A stretch of DNA of 32,000 bases from Mycobacterium tuberculosis H37Rv. GTDB lineage: Bacteria > Actinomycetota > Actinomycetes > Mycobacteriales > Mycobacteriaceae. The notes under the pieces are model-generated. The model was not told where the DNA came from. It did not search any database and saw only the letters and a program-made list of their open reading frames with translations. The translations under genes and the position numbers were made by a program. Shown here piece by piece: positions 1 to 11,900 of this stretch. The stretch lies in NCBI RefSeq assembly GCF_000195955.2, contig NC_000962.3, positions 3,750,001 to 3,782,000 on the forward strand. Direction: 5' to 3'. Position 1 is the stretch's first letter. Every line of letters starts with the position of its first letter.

Positions 1-3000
1 AGTTCGCTTGTCCCGTGAGGCCCAGGTGGATGGGGGGAAGGATCGTGGTGTCCGGGATGATAATGGGGCCGATGCCGCCGGTTGAAGTCCAGTGGATCGG
101 GAATTCGGGAATCGTGATGCCGACGTTCAGGCCGAACAGGCCCTCGAAGTTGCCTCGCCACAAGATGCCGTTGCTGAAGTTGCCCGACATGAGGGCGCCG
201 GTGTCGACATTGCCCGAATTGGCGACGCCGGTGTTGGCGTTGCCGGTGTTGAACCAGCCGGTGTTGATGCTGCCCGGGTTGAAACCACCGGTGTTGGTGT
301 CACCCACATTGAAGCTGCCCGTGTTGTACGACCCAGGGTTGGCCACACCGGTATTGAAATTACCGGCATTGAAAAGCCCAGTACTGCCCGTTCCGCCATT
401 GCCGATGCCGGTGTTGAAGCTGCCCGAGTTGAACAACCCGAAGTTCCCGGTCCCGGAGTTGAACAACCCGACGTTGCCGGTGCCGGAGTTGAACAACCCG
501 ATGTTGCCGGCACCGGAGTTCAAGCCGCCGATCCCAGTCTGGTTGTCCCCGGTCAGCCCAATCCCGAGGTTGTTGGTGCCGGTGTTACCGAACCCGATGT
601 TGCCCACACCCATGTTGCCGAAGCCGACGTTGCCGCTGCCGGCATTGCCCAACCCGATGTTGCCCACCCCGGCCAGGCCCGCCGCCAGACCCGCATTGCC
701 CAACCCGAAGTTGGCATCGCCGATATTGCCGAACCCGACGTTGCCGCCGCCGACATTGCCCAAACCCACGTTCAAGTCGCCGATATTGGCCGCACCCAGG
801 TTGAAGTCCCCGACGTTGCCGAAACCGACGTTTACGCTGCCCACATCGGCCAACCCGAGATTGATGATGAGGCTCTGGTTGAGTGCCGTCCCCGCCGAGG
901 ACAACCCCGACAGCTGCTCACCAACATTGCCGATGCCCGAGACCACCGCCGGGGTCCCCGGCGGCAACCCGCCGGTGTTGTACAGCCCCGACACACCCGA
1001 GCCGAAGTTCAGCACACCCGATCCCAGCGAACCGAAATTGGCGAAACCCGAACCCGCCCCAGCCACCTCGGTCTGCGCCTGGTTCCACCAACCCGAGCTG
1101 CCCGCACCGAAATTCCCGAAGCCCGACACCCCACCGTCGCCGGAGTTGAAGAAACCCGACGACGGAGCGGTGGTCGTGTTGCCAAAGCCCGGGGTCGCCG
1201 GGATATTAACGCCGTTGATCAGGATAGGGCCGACAGTGACGCTGGCGCCGAGGTTCAGCGGGATGCGGTCGATCGTGATCGGCGGGGTGCTGAAGCCGTC
1301 AATCTGGCCGTCTATGTCGATCGTCAGCGGCAGCGGCGCAGCGGGAATGGTGAAGCCCGGGATCGTGAATCCCAGCGTGCCGATCGACGCGCTGGCCAGC
1401 AGCGCCAGTGGATTGTTGGGAATACTGATGCCATTCGGGAAGATCGTTACTGCCGGGGTACTCCAGTTGACGGTCACCGGGAATGACTGGTTAATTCTGG
1501 TGTCGATATTAAGGTTACCTAATTGGAGGGTGACGTTGCCGGCAAGATCTTTGATTTCGATTCCTGAAATGTTGACGACCCCCAAGCCAAAGAAGGGGCC
1601 GACGGGGAAAGTCGTGTTGAAGTTCTGAGCCGGGAACAGGGTGATGGGCGAGATGGTGATGGGGCCGACGCTGATAGGTATGGCCGTACCGCCACCAAAA
1701 GCGGGGATCACGATGTCCGGAACGACCAGCGGGCCGAGGCTGAAGGTTTGGTGAATGTTGAGCGGGATGGTGGGCAAAATCTGGATCGGCAACACGGTGA
1801 TGGGGCCGACGCCGCCGTTGAGCTCGAGACCAATGGGGATCGCCGGAATGGTCGATCCACCGGAGAGCCCCCACAGGCCCTCGTAGTCACCCCGCCACAG
1901 CACACCGTTGCTGAAGTTGCCCGAGATGAACGCGCCGGTGTTGACATTGCCCGAGTTGGCGATGCCGGTGTTGGTGTTGCCGGTGTTCAGCCAGCCGGTG
2001 TTGACGTTGCCCGGGTTGAAGCCACCCGTATTGGTGTTGCCCGCGTTGAAGCTGCCCGTGTTATAGCTACCCACGTTGGCCACACCCGTGTTGAACCCAC
2101 CAACGTTGAACAACCCGGTACTGGCCGTCCCCGCATTACCGACACCGGTGTTGTAGCTGCCCGAGTTGAATACCCCGAAGTTGCCGGTCCCCGAATTGAA
2201 GAACCCAATGTTGCCGGTGCCGGAGTTGAACAACCCCAGATTACCGGTTCCTGAATTCAGGCCCCCAATGCCAGTCAGGTTGTCCCCGGTCAACCCGATC
2301 CCGATGTTGTTGCTACCCGTGTTGGCAAAACCGATGTTGCCCACACCCAGGTTTGCGAGGCCGTAGTTGCTGCTGCCCGCATTGCCCAACCCAATATTGC
2401 CCATGCCCGGCGGCAACCCAAGACCCGAGTTGCCGAACCCGAAGTTGGCGTTGCCGATATTGCCGAAACCGAAATTCCCGCTACCGGCGTTGGCAGCACC
2501 CAAATTCTGCGCACCGACATTGGCTGCGCCCAGGTTGAATATCCCGACATTGCCCAACCCGACGTTGTAATTACCGACATTGCCCAAGCCCGCGTTAAGC
2601 CTCAACATCTTCGCGGGTCCGGCAAATAGAGCATTGAGGAACGCGCCGACACCACCCCCCAACGCCTGCGCCGGTGGGCTGAACGCCGGCAACGCCGCGG
2701 CAGCAGCCGACGCGCCGGAATGGTAGCCGGCCATCGCCGCCACATCGGCGGCCCACATCAACTCGTACTCGGCCTCGACGGCCGCGATCGCTGCGGCGTT
2801 CTGCCCCAGCAGGTTCGACATCGCCAACGCCCGCATCGCCATCCGGTTGACCGCCACCGCCGCCGGATCCACCGTCGCCGCCAACGCCGCCTCAAACGCC
2901 GCCACCGCGGCCCGCGCCTGCCCGGCCACCGCCACGGCCTGCGCCGCCACCGAACCCAACCACCCCGCATACGGGGCCGCCGCGGCCGCCATCGCCGCCG

Positions 3001-3184
3001 CCGCCGCACCCTGCCACACCCCCGCCGTCAGGCCCGACGTCACCTGCCCAAACGACACCGCCGCCGACCCCAACTCCTCAGCCAGCCCATCCCACGCCGC
3101 GGCCGCCGCCAGCAACGGGCTCGACCCCGCACCCGAATACATCAGCACGGAGTTGATTTCCGGTGGCAGAACTGGAAAATTCAA
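1..3184 (-). CDS. PPE55: PPE-MPTR family protein, N-terminal ~1061 codons (3' end outside window)
   Basis: Minus-strand frame reads (TTG)[44 protein letters not shown]..., the canonical PPE domain, followed by NxGxGNxG pentapeptide repeats (MPTR). The frame is open to the left edge (...[24 protein letters not shown]). The start is a TTG at 3184. The ORF track omits it because no stop lies in the window. Confidence 0.93.
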   Translation of the reverse strand, partial: MNFPVLPPEINSVLMYSGAGSSPLLAAAAAWDGLAEELGSAAVSFGQVTSGLTAGVWQGAAAAAMAAAAAPYAGWLGSVAAQAVAVAGQARAAVAAFEAALAATVDPAAVAVNRMAMRALAMSNLLGQNAAAIAAVEAEYELMWAADVAAMAGYHSGASAAAAALPAFSPPAQALGGGVGAFLNALFAGPAKMLRLNAGLGNVGNYNVGLGNVGIFNLGAANVGAQNLGAANAGSGNFGFGNIGNANFGFGNSGLGLPPGMGNIGLGNAGSSNYGLANLGVGNIGFANTGSNNIGIGLTGDNLTGIGGLNSGTGNLGLFNSGTGNIGFFNSGTGNFGVFNSGSYNTGVGNAGTASTGLFNVGGFNTGVANVGSYNTGSFNAGNTNTGGFNPGNVNTGWLNTGNTNTGIANSGNVNTGAFISGNFSNGVLWRGDYEGLWGLSGGSTIPAIPIGLELNGGVGPITVLPIQILPTIPLNIHQTFSLGPLVVPDIVIPAFGGGTAIPISVGPITISPITLFPAQNFNTTFPVGPFFGLGVVNISGIEIKDLAGNVTLQLGNLNIDTRINQSFPVTVNWSTPAVTIFPNGISIPNNPLALLASASIGTLGFTIPGFTIPAAPLPLTIDIDGQIDGFSTPPITIDRIPLNLGASVTVGPILINGVNIPATPGFGNTTTAPSSGFFNSGDGGVSGFGNFGAGSSGWWNQAQTEVAGAGSGFANFGSLGSGVLNFGSGVSGLYNTGGLPPGTPAVVSGIGNVGEQLSGLSSAGTALNQSLIINLGLADVGSVNVGFGNVGDFNLGAANIGDLNVGLGNVGGGNVGFGNIGDANFGLGNAGLAAGLAGVGNIGLGNAGSGNVGFGNMGVGNIGFGNTGTNNLGIGLTGDNQTGIGGLNSGAGNIGLFNSGTGNVGLFNSGTGNFGLFNSGSFNTGIGNGGTGSTGLFNAGNFNTGVANPGSYNTGSFNVGDTNTGGFNPGSINTGWFNTGNANTGVANSGNVDTGALMSGNFSNGILWRGNFEGLFGLNVGITIPEFPIHWTSTGGIGPIIIPDTTILPPIHLGLTGQAN
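2641..3168. repeat. Duplicated PPE 5' region, copy in PPE55 (pairs with 16559-17086)
   Basis: Constant offset of 13,918 bp. Near-identical; 2976-3168 is letter-for-letter identical to 16894-17086. Confidence 0.9.
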
Positions 3185-3764
3185 CCGCCCCTACCTCTGC
3201 CGCTCACGATGCGTTCACACCTCATCGTCTCACCACGACGTGGTGAGCGCGGGCACTTCGACAAACTAATCTGCAATATCCCGATCGCGTACAAACGTGC
3301 CGACATTTGCGGCGCATTAATGCCCATATCGGCTTGTATCTCTTGTAGTGCCGCTTTGACGGGGTGGTGGTCAGGTACGGTGGCCTCGGGAGAGGCTGGA
3401 GGGCTCGACGTTTTCGGCTGAGTGTCTGGGCCCGTGAAAGAGATCGTCTGCTCCAGCTTTGTCTCCTGAACTGACCCGGTTTAGGGAATTGGTGGCCAGG
3501 TTGCGGAAGTGCGCAGCATCGACGTGTACCTGGGTGAGGCATCGAATCATCGACAAGCACCGGAGCCGCGCGTGAACTCCCGCCGCGTTGTGGTCGGGGA
3601 TGATGTGGGAGACCGGCCGGCAGTGCTGTGTACGAAGGTTCTCCCACCGCAACGAGTTCACGCACGACGGTCGGCTGGGTGGGCCCTGGAATACGTGAAC
3701 TCTTCATCAACACAACATGATTGACGATGAAGGGGAGAACCTCCATGCACAACAACGCTAACCC

Positions 3765-4256
3765 GTGACTGCCGAGAATCCAGGACGGAGCAGGCGGACG
3801 CTGGTCGGAATCGACGCGGCGATCACGGCCTGTCACCACATCGCGATCCGCGATGATGTCGGTGCGAGGTCGATTCGATTCAGTGTCGAACCCACGCTGG
3901 CCGGACTGCGCACCCTCACCGACAAGCTCAGCGGTTACGACGATATCGACGCCACCGTGGAACCGACCTCGATGACGTGGCTGCCGCTCACGATCGCTGT
4001 CGAGAATGCCGGTGACACCATGCACATGGCCGGCGCGCGGCATTGCGCCCGGCTGCGGGGTGCGATCGTGGGCAAGAGCAAGTCCGACGTCATCGACGCC
4101 GAGGTTCTCACCCGCGCCAGCGAGGTGTTCGACCTGACGCCGCTGACACTGCCGACGCCCGCGCAGTTGGCGTTACGTCGATCGGTGATCCGACGTGCCG
4201 GCGCAGTGATTGACGCGAACCGGTCCTGGCGTCGGTTGATGTCGTTGGCGCGGTAG
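3765..4256 (+). CDS. IS110-family transposase, N-terminal DEDD (RuvC-like) domain only; ends at a premature TAG
   Basis: ORF 163 aa with GIDAAITACHHIAI ... VEPTSMTWLPL ... GKSKSDVIDAEVLTRASE, the IS110-type D-E-D-D pattern. The coding similarity continues past the stop in the same frame (AFPDVWTAFAGSLPTATAVLGRWPDIRLLAG). Confidence 0.8.
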   Translation: MTAENPGRSRRTLVGIDAAITACHHIAIRDDVGARSIRFSVEPTLAGLRTLTDKLSGYDDIDATVEPTSMTWLPLTIAVENAGDTMHMAGARHCARLRGAIVGKSKSDVIDAEVLTRASEVFDLTPLTLPTPAQLALRRSVIRRAGAVIDANRSWRRLMSLAR

Positions 4257-4541
4257 GCGTTCCCCGATGTGTGGACCGCGTTCGCCGGGTCGTTACCGAC
4301 CGCGACAGCGGTGCTGGGGCGTTGGCCCGACATCCGCTTGCTGGCCGGCGCACCGACCCGCCACGTTGACCGCCGTCATCGCCGCGCACACCCGCGGTGT
4401 CGCCGACACCCCGGCCCGGCCGAGGCCATCAAGACCGCCGCAACCGGCTGGGCCGCGTTCTGGGACGGGCACCTCGACCTGGACGCACTGGCCGTCGATG
4501 TCACCGAGCATCTCAGCGACCTCACCGACGACCGATGCGCG
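3765..4541 (+). mobile_element. IS110-family insertion sequence remnant (IS1608-like)
   Basis: After TAG at 4254-4256 the reading continues: frame A AFPDVWTAFAGSLPTATAVLGRWPDIRLLAGAPTRH, frame B LTAVIAAHTRGVADTPA, back to frame A AEAIKTAATGWAAFWDGHLDLDALAVDVTEHLSDLTDD. The C-terminal Transposase_20 region is not seen. Confidence 0.7.
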
Positions 4542-4584
4542 CGTTGGTGATGCCGGTGACCAAGAAGGTGTTGATCTTGGGTGA

Positions 4585-5715
4585 CTAGTCAATGGTGGTG
4601 GCCAGGGTGAGCAGTTCGGGGATCTGCGAGTCGATGCGCCAGGCAGGAAGCGGTGTAGGTGATGGCGCGCCAGGTGGGGGTCCCCGCCGGTGCGCACGGT
4701 CGACAGCAGGGTGCGCAGCTCCTCTTTGGCGATCCAGGCCGAGAGAATCTGCGCGCGGGGGTCGACGGCGTTGATCCGATTCCGCATTTTGGCGAAGCTT
4801 TTGTCCGACAAGCGTTCCCGGGCGGTCAGCAAGCGACGTCGGTTGGCCCACTGCGGGTCGATCTTGCGGCCGCGCCGGTCGTGGAACGCCCAGGTCACCC
4901 GGCGGCGCACCGCGGTCAGCGCGTCGTTGGCCAGCGTGGTCACATGGAAGTGGTCGACGACGAGCTTGGCGTTGGGCAGCAGCCCGGGCGTGCGGATCGC
5001 CGAGGCGTAGGCAGCGGCGGGGTCGATGGCCACCGTACTGGATGCTCTCCCGGAACTGCGGTGTGCGCGCTTGCAGCCATGCCAGCACCGCCGCGCCGCC
5101 GCGGCCTTCATGCTGCCCCATAAACCCCTGATCACCGGCCAGGTCGACGAACCCGGTATCCCACGGGTCGACCCGTACCCACCGGCCAGTCTTGGCGCAG
5201 CGCTCCCATCTGGGTTTTCCTCGCCGTGTCTGGTCAACGCCCAGCACCGGGGTGGGCAACGGCTCGGTCAATACCCGTCTCGGCGTAGGCAACAAACGCC
5301 CGATGTGCCGTCGGCCACGACACGGCGTCAGCCTGGGCGACCTCGGCCCACCGAGCGGGCCGCATCCCCGATCGCCTTGGCCATCTGCCGACGCAGCCGC
5401 AGCGTGCTGCGGACGCGGGCAGGTACCTGGGTGATGGCCTCGGTGAACGGCCCCAGCTTGCAGTAGTCTTCTCGGCATCGCCAGCGAATTTTGTTCCAGC
5501 GCACCATGATGCGGTCTTCGCCATAAGGTAGATCTTTCGGTGAGGTAACCGCGTATTCCTTCACTGATATCGAGACCACCCCCGCACGACGGGCACGCCG
5601 CCGCCGTCGGCTCATCGGTGATCACATCGACCACCCGGGTCCCGTCACTGCGGCGCTCGACACGCTCAACCCGTGCTCCTGGCAGCCCGAACAACACTGT
5701 CGTAGCGTCAGACAC
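4585..5715 (-). pseudogene. ISL3-family transposase, multiply frameshifted
   Basis: Reconstructable in fragments: MSDATTVLFGLPGARVERVERRSDGTRVVDVITDEPTAAACPSCG (frame 1) > GVVSISVKEYAVTSPKDLPYGEDRIMVRWNKIRWRCREDYC...RRQMAKAIGDA (frame 0) > AEVAQADAVSWPTAHRAFVAYAE (frame 2) > VLGVDQTRRGKPRWERC...FRESIQYG (frame 1) > VAIDPAAAYASAIRTPGLLPNAKLVVDHFHVTTLANDALTAVRRRVTWA... (frame 0) > AWRIDSQIPELLTLATTID* (frame 1). This is a typical zinc-knuckle plus DDE ISL3 architecture. Confidence 0.8.
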
Positions 5716-5951
5716 AGCCCTTGGCTCCTTCCTCGGCCTGAATGCTTCGCAACACTTAGACTTCAGAAGGCCAAGGGCCCTCAGCCGCTAAACACGCCGA
5801 CCAAGATCAACGAGCTACCTGCCCGGTCAAGGTTGAAGAGCCCCCATATCAGCAAGGGCCCGGTGTCGGCGCAAAATTTAGCGTCGTTGCGCCCACACCA
5901 GAGTTACCGCCGCACACACGGCGTGACCACCGGCGTGCATTTAAGAATCCG

Positions 5952-8900
5952 TTAGGGCCCGACGCCGGTGAAGAGCAAGCCCGACAGTTGCTGGCCGACG
6001 TTGCCGAAACCCGAGACGACGGCCGCGGTGACAACACCCAGCGCGCCGGTGTTGTACACGCCCGAGATGCCGGCGCCGCGGTTGAGGATGCCGGAGAGCT
6101 GGGTGCCGAAGTTGGCGAAGCCCGACGCCGACCCGAGCAGCGGATCCGACATCGCGTTGAGCAATCCCGACATGCCCGCGCCGGTGTTGCTAAAGCCCGA
6201 ACCGCCGCCAGCTCCGGTGTTGAAGAAGCCCGACGACGGCAGCGTGGTCGAGTTCCCGAAACCCGGCGCCCCGCCGAACCCGGCGATCGGGACGTTGATC
6301 GGGCCGATAGTGGTGTCGGCGTGCAGGTCCAGCAAGATCCGGTCGAGAACGATGGCCGGGATGTCGACGGGCGGGATGCCATTGGACAACGCGAGGCCCA
6401 GCGGGAGGGTGGGGATCAGGGTGCCGCCCGGGATGGTGAACCCCGGGATGGTCAGCGACACCGGCAGGCCGATGTCGATCGGGTCGAGGGGGATGGTGAA
6501 TCCCGGGAAGGTCACCGTGCCGGAGGGGATGGAGATGGGCCCCACAAAGTATGCCCCTTGCGTGGACGTTGCACCCCCGCCGCTAGAGGGCGCGATCCGG
6601 ATTCCGGGGAAGAAGCTGGGCTTGACCCAAATCTCTGAGGTTGGTCCGGACGTGCTGGTGACGGCTCCTTGGGAGTAACTGACGAGCACGGGCGGGGTCC
6701 TGACGGTAATGGGGTTGACGGTGATGGAGCCGACATGGACGGCGGGGTCGAGGCCCAAGTGAATGGATGGAACAGAGATGTCCGGGATGGCGATCGGGCC
6801 GATGCCACCGACCGCGGCGAAGCCGACCGGAATGGGCGGGATGTGGATGGGCGGCAGCACGGTAATCGGGCCGATCCCGCCGCTGACGTCGGCGCCCACC
6901 GCGGGGAACAGCGGGAGGGTGTAGCCCACGGCGAAGCCGGCCAGGCCCTGGTAGTCGCCGCGCCACAGGATGCCGTTGCTGAAGTTGCCGGTGACGAAGG
7001 CGCCGGTGTTGACATTGCCCGCGTTGGCCACCCCGGTGTTGGCGTTGCCGGCGTTGAGCCAGCCGGTGTTGATGCTGCCCGGGTTGAAGCCCCCGGTGTT
7101 GGTGTCACCGACATTGAAGCTGCCCGTGTTGTAGCTGCCGGCGTTGGCCACACCGGTGTTGAAACTGCCGGCATTGAAGAGCCCAGTGCTGCCCGTTCCG
7201 CTATTGCCGACGCCGGTGTTGAAGCTGCCGGAGTTGAACAACCCGAAGTTGCCGGTCCCGGTGTTGAAGAACCCGACGTTGCCGGCGCCGGAGTTGAACA
7301 ACCCCAGGTTGCCGGCACCGGAATTTAGGCCGCCGATGCCGGTCTGGTAGTCGCCGGTCAGCCCGATCCCAATGTTGCCGGTGCCGGTGTTGGCCAACCC
7401 GATATTGCCCACGCCCACGTTGGCCAACCCCCAGTTGTTGCCGCCGGCATTGCCCAACCCCACATTGCCCAGGCCCGGCACGCCCGCGGTCAGACCCGAG
7501 TTGCCGACTCCGACATTGCCGTGGCCAATATTGCCGAACCCCAGGTTGCCGGCGCCGATATTTCCGAAGCCCAGGTTGTGCGCGCCGAGGTTGGCCGCGC
7601 CCAGGTTGACCTCCCCGACATTGCCGAAACCGGCGTTGTGGCTGCCGACGTTGGCCAACCCGATATTCAGAACGGTCACCGGGTTCACCGCGGACCCGCC
7701 GGAAAGCAGCCCCGACAGTTGGTGGCCGACGTTGCCCAGGCCTGAGACCAGCGCCGGGGTCCCCACCCCCAGCGTGCTGGTGTTGTAGATCCCCGAGACA
7801 CCCGAGCCCAGGTTGAGCACACCGGAATGCAGCGTGCCAACGTTGGCAAAACCCGAGCCCGCCCCCGCCAGCGCGGTGTGCGCCTGGTTCCACCAGCCCG
7901 AGGTGCCCGCGCCGAAGTTGCCGAAGCCCGATCCCCCGCCCGCGCCGGCGTTGAAGAAGCCCGACGACGGGGTGATGGTGCTGTTCCCAATGCCCGGGGT
8001 GGGCGGGATGTTGATCAGCGGGATGCTGCTGGCGAGGACATACACCGAGCCGTCGGCGCTCGCCGCGATCTCGGGCCAGGTGATGGCCGGGATGTCCACG
8101 CCGCCGGCGCCGGCGGTCACGTCCAGGTTCAGCAGCGAGGTCGCCGGGAACGTCAAACCACCGGGGAAGAGGGTGATCGCGTTGACGCTGCCGGGCACCT
8201 GGAAGCCCAACGTGATCGGGCCAGTTTCGAGCTGCGGAGTGGTAAACGCCCCGCTGGACGCGGAAATGGTGAGATGGCTTCCGTCGCTCGTGCCGGCGCC
8301 GAAAACGAGTGGGCCGGTGGCGTAGGGCGAACCGTCGGCCGATCCGAATGAATAGAAGGTTATACCAAGGCCATTAGTGCCTTGAGTCCACATTTCGAAG
8401 GGATCTATCCTCATCTCCGCCCCAACCGAGGCGTTGATTATTTGCTCCACAATGACACTCACCGGCGGAATGCGCACGGACCCCACAACGATGCGGAAGG
8501 CGGCGCTTCCGGTGATGTTTGGGGTGAGTGCGGGGATGTCGATCTGCGGAATGGTGAATGCGCCCATCGCGACGTTTCCGGTCAGGTGCGCATTAACGGC
8601 CGGCACCGGGATGGGCGGGAGGACCACGGGTCCGAAGCCGCCGTCGAGGTGGGCGTCCACGATGGTGATCCGGGGCACGTCGAGGCTGTAGAACAGGCTG
8701 AACAGGCCCTCGTGATCACCCCGCCACAACAGGCCGTTGCTGAAGTTGCCCGACATGAACGCGCCGGTGCCGACGTTGCCCGAGTTGGCGATGCCGGTAT
8801 TGGTGTGGCCGGTGTTGAACCAGCCGGTGTTGATGGTGCCCGGGTTGAACCCCCCGGTGTTGGTGTCGCCGGCATTGAAGCTGCCGGTGTTGTAGCTGCC

Positions 8901-11900
8901 GGCGTTGGCCACGCCGGTGTTGAAGCTGCCGGCATTGAAGAGCCCAGTGCTGCCCGTTCCGCTATTGCCGATGCCGGTGTTGAAGCTGCCCGAGTTACCG
9001 ATGCCGAAGTTGCCGGTCCCGGAGTTGAAGAACCCGATGTTGCCGGTGCCGGAGTTGAACAAGCCGATATTGCCGGCACCGGAGTTCAGGCCCCCGATGC
9101 CGGTGAGGTTGTCCCCCACCAGCCCGATCCCGATGTTGCCGGTGCCGGTGTTGGCCAACCCGATGTTGCGCACGCCCTGGTTGGCGAAACCATAGTTGGC
9201 GCTGCCGGCATTGCCGAACCCCGTGTTGCCCAGGCCGGCCGCGCCGGCGGTCAGACCCGAATTGCCGAAACCGATATTGCCGTGGCCGACGTTGGCGAAG
9301 CCGAGGTTGCCGGTGCCGACGTTGCCCAGCCCCAGGTTTTGCGCACCGAGGTTGGCCGCGCCCAGGTTAACGTCCCCGACGTTGCCGAACCCGACGTTGA
9401 AGTTGCCCACATCCGCCAACCCGATGTTGAGGATGGGGATCTGGTTCAACGCGGTCCCGGCCGCAGACACGCCCGACAGCTGATGGCCGACGTTGCCGAG
9501 GCCCGACAGCACCGCCGGCGTCCCGAGCGGCAACACGCTGGTGTTGTAGATCCCCGAGACACCCGAGCCGACGTTGAGCACACCCGAGCCCAGCGTGCCG
9601 ACATTCAACACCCCCGATCCCGACCCCGCCAGCGCGCTCGCCGCCTGGTTCCACCAGCCCGACAGGTTCGACCCGACGTTTCCGAACCCCGACACCCCAC
9701 CGGCGCCGGAGTTGAAGAACCCCGACGACGGGGTCGCCGTGGTGTTGCCGAACCCTGGCGTCGGCGGGACATCGATGATCGGGATGCTGCTGTCGGGCAC
9801 GGTGAGATTCAGCGCCAGGTGCAGCGGCAGCGGGTCGATCGTGTACCCACCCGGGAAAATCGTGATCGGATCCAGCGCGCCGGACGCATCGATCGTTAAC
9901 GGGATGGCGTTCGTGGGGATCGTCAGGCCACCCGCGAACAAGGTGAAGGCCGGCAGACCACCGCTGATGTTCACGTCCAACAGGAATCTCGTGGTAGCGA
10001 TTTGCGGAATCTCGAAACCCGGAATAGATATCTTGAGCTCGCCGGTCGTTCCGGGGCCAGGGCCGGTGTGAATGGTGATGCCCTGGGTGGGCGCCGGGAA
10101 GGGGTCTCCGAAATTGGGAATCGCCGCGGTCGACCCGAGGATCCAGTCCTCGCCTTCGAAGCGCATGCTGATGAGCGGAAGCGTCATGGTTGACCCGGGT
10201 GAGGCGGGGATGTCCAGCGGAATGGTTCTCGTCTGTGCGGGAATTGTGGTGGCGGGCACCAGGACGATGGGATCCATGTGGATCGATTCGTGGATCTCTA
10301 GCGGTATCGCGGGAACATCGACCTGCGGGATGGTGAAGGGTCCGATCTCGACGATTTCGTGGACGTCGAACAGCGACATGCCGGGGATGTCGATCTGCTC
10401 GATGTGGATGGGGCCCAGGTTGAGGGTTTCGTTGAGGTCCAGCAGGGTGCTGCCGGCGATGTCGATGCTGAAGGAGAAGCCGACCAGCCCGTGGTAGTCA
10501 CCGGTCCACAGCGCCCCGTTGTTGAAGCTGCCGGAGTTGAACGCGCCGGTGTTGACGTTGCCGGTGTTGAACAGGCCGGTGTTGGTGTGGCCGGTGTTGA
10601 ACCAGCCGGTGTTGACGGTGCCCGGGTTGACGCCGCCGGTGTTGAAGCTGCCCACGTTGAGGCTGCCGGTGTTGTAGGAGCCGGCATTGGCCAGACCGGT
10701 GTTGAAGTTCCCCGCGTTGAACAACCCGGTGCTGGCCGTGCCCGCATTCCCCACACCGGTGCTGTAACTGCCCGAGTTGAACAGCCCGAAGTTCCCGGTC
10801 CCGGTGTTGAAGAACCCGATGTTGCCGGTGCCCGAGTTGAACAACCCGAGGTTCCCGGTGCCCGAGTTCAGGCCGCCGATCCCGGTCCGATAGTCCCCGG
10901 TCAGCCCGATCCCGATGTTGCCGGTGCCGGTGTTGGCCAACCCGATATTGCCCACACCCACGTTGGCCAACCCCCAGCTGCCGCTGCCGGCGTTACCCAA
11001 CCCCACATTGCCCAGGCCCCCCGCGCCCGCGGTCAGGCCCGCGTTGCCGAATCCGAAATTGCCGGCACCGATGTTGCCGAACCCGAGGTTGCCGGTCCCG
11101 ACGTTGCCCAACCCCAAGTTGCTGCCGCCGAGGTTGCCGGCGCCGACGTTGATGTTGCCGACGTTGCCCGCACCCAGGTTGAACTCACCGACGTTAGCCA
11201 AACCGAGGTTCACCCCGCCGACATTGCCCAAGGCCAAAGCGTTGCCGATGTCGAGGTGCTGCAGCTCGGCGATGGCCGCGTCGATGATCTGATCGAACAC
11301 GGACTCGGCAGGTGGGAAGGTGAGGATCGCGATCAGGCCATCGATGGACACCCCCGACATATGGTCGCCGAGGTTGCTGAACCCCGAGATCACCGCCGGG
11401 GTGGTGGCGTCCAGCGTGCTCACGTTGAACAGCCCGGAGATGGCGGTGCCGGAGTTCAGCACACCCGAGGCCAGGGTGCCGGCATTGCCCAGCCCCGAGA
11501 GTGTCCCCACCAGTGACCCCGCGCCGGCCTGGTTGAGCAGGCCCGACACGCCCGCACCCAAGTTGCCGATGCCCGATCCGCCGCCGGCACCGGTGTTGAA
11601 GAACCCCGACGACGGCATCTGGGTCGAGTTCCCGAAGCCCGGCGCCGCCGGGATGTCGATGATCGGGATGTTGAGGGGTCCGGCACTGGTGCGAATGTCG
11701 AAGCCCAGCGGGATCGCGGAAATGGTGGTGCCTGTGATCGTGACCGCCGGGATGTCCACGGACGCATCGATCGGCACCACTTCCGACATTGAAATCCCAT
11801 CGATGACCGAGGCCGGAATATCAACAGGTATGCGGATAGGAATCGACTCACTCAACGAAATCGCATCCAGGGGGATGGGCTCGATCTCCAGGGGCACACC

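Noticed and set aside
15-1628. 537-aa plus-strand ORF (with nested ORFs at 92..1486 and others) opposite PPE55
   Set aside because: Low-complexity LPxPxLPxPxLxxP repeats are the exact antisense reading of the NxGxGNxG MPTR codons. No start context or domain signal.
3222-4043. 273-aa minus-strand ORF between PPE55 and the IS110 remnant
   Set aside because: Runs antisense through the IS110 DEDD domain and into promoter DNA; no recognisable domain.
4582-4591. Perfect palindrome TGACTAGTCA at the IS110/ISL3 junction
   Set aside because: 10 bp only and containing the natural TAG of the ISL3 transposase. Expected by chance at moderate rate; no evidence it is an IS terminus.
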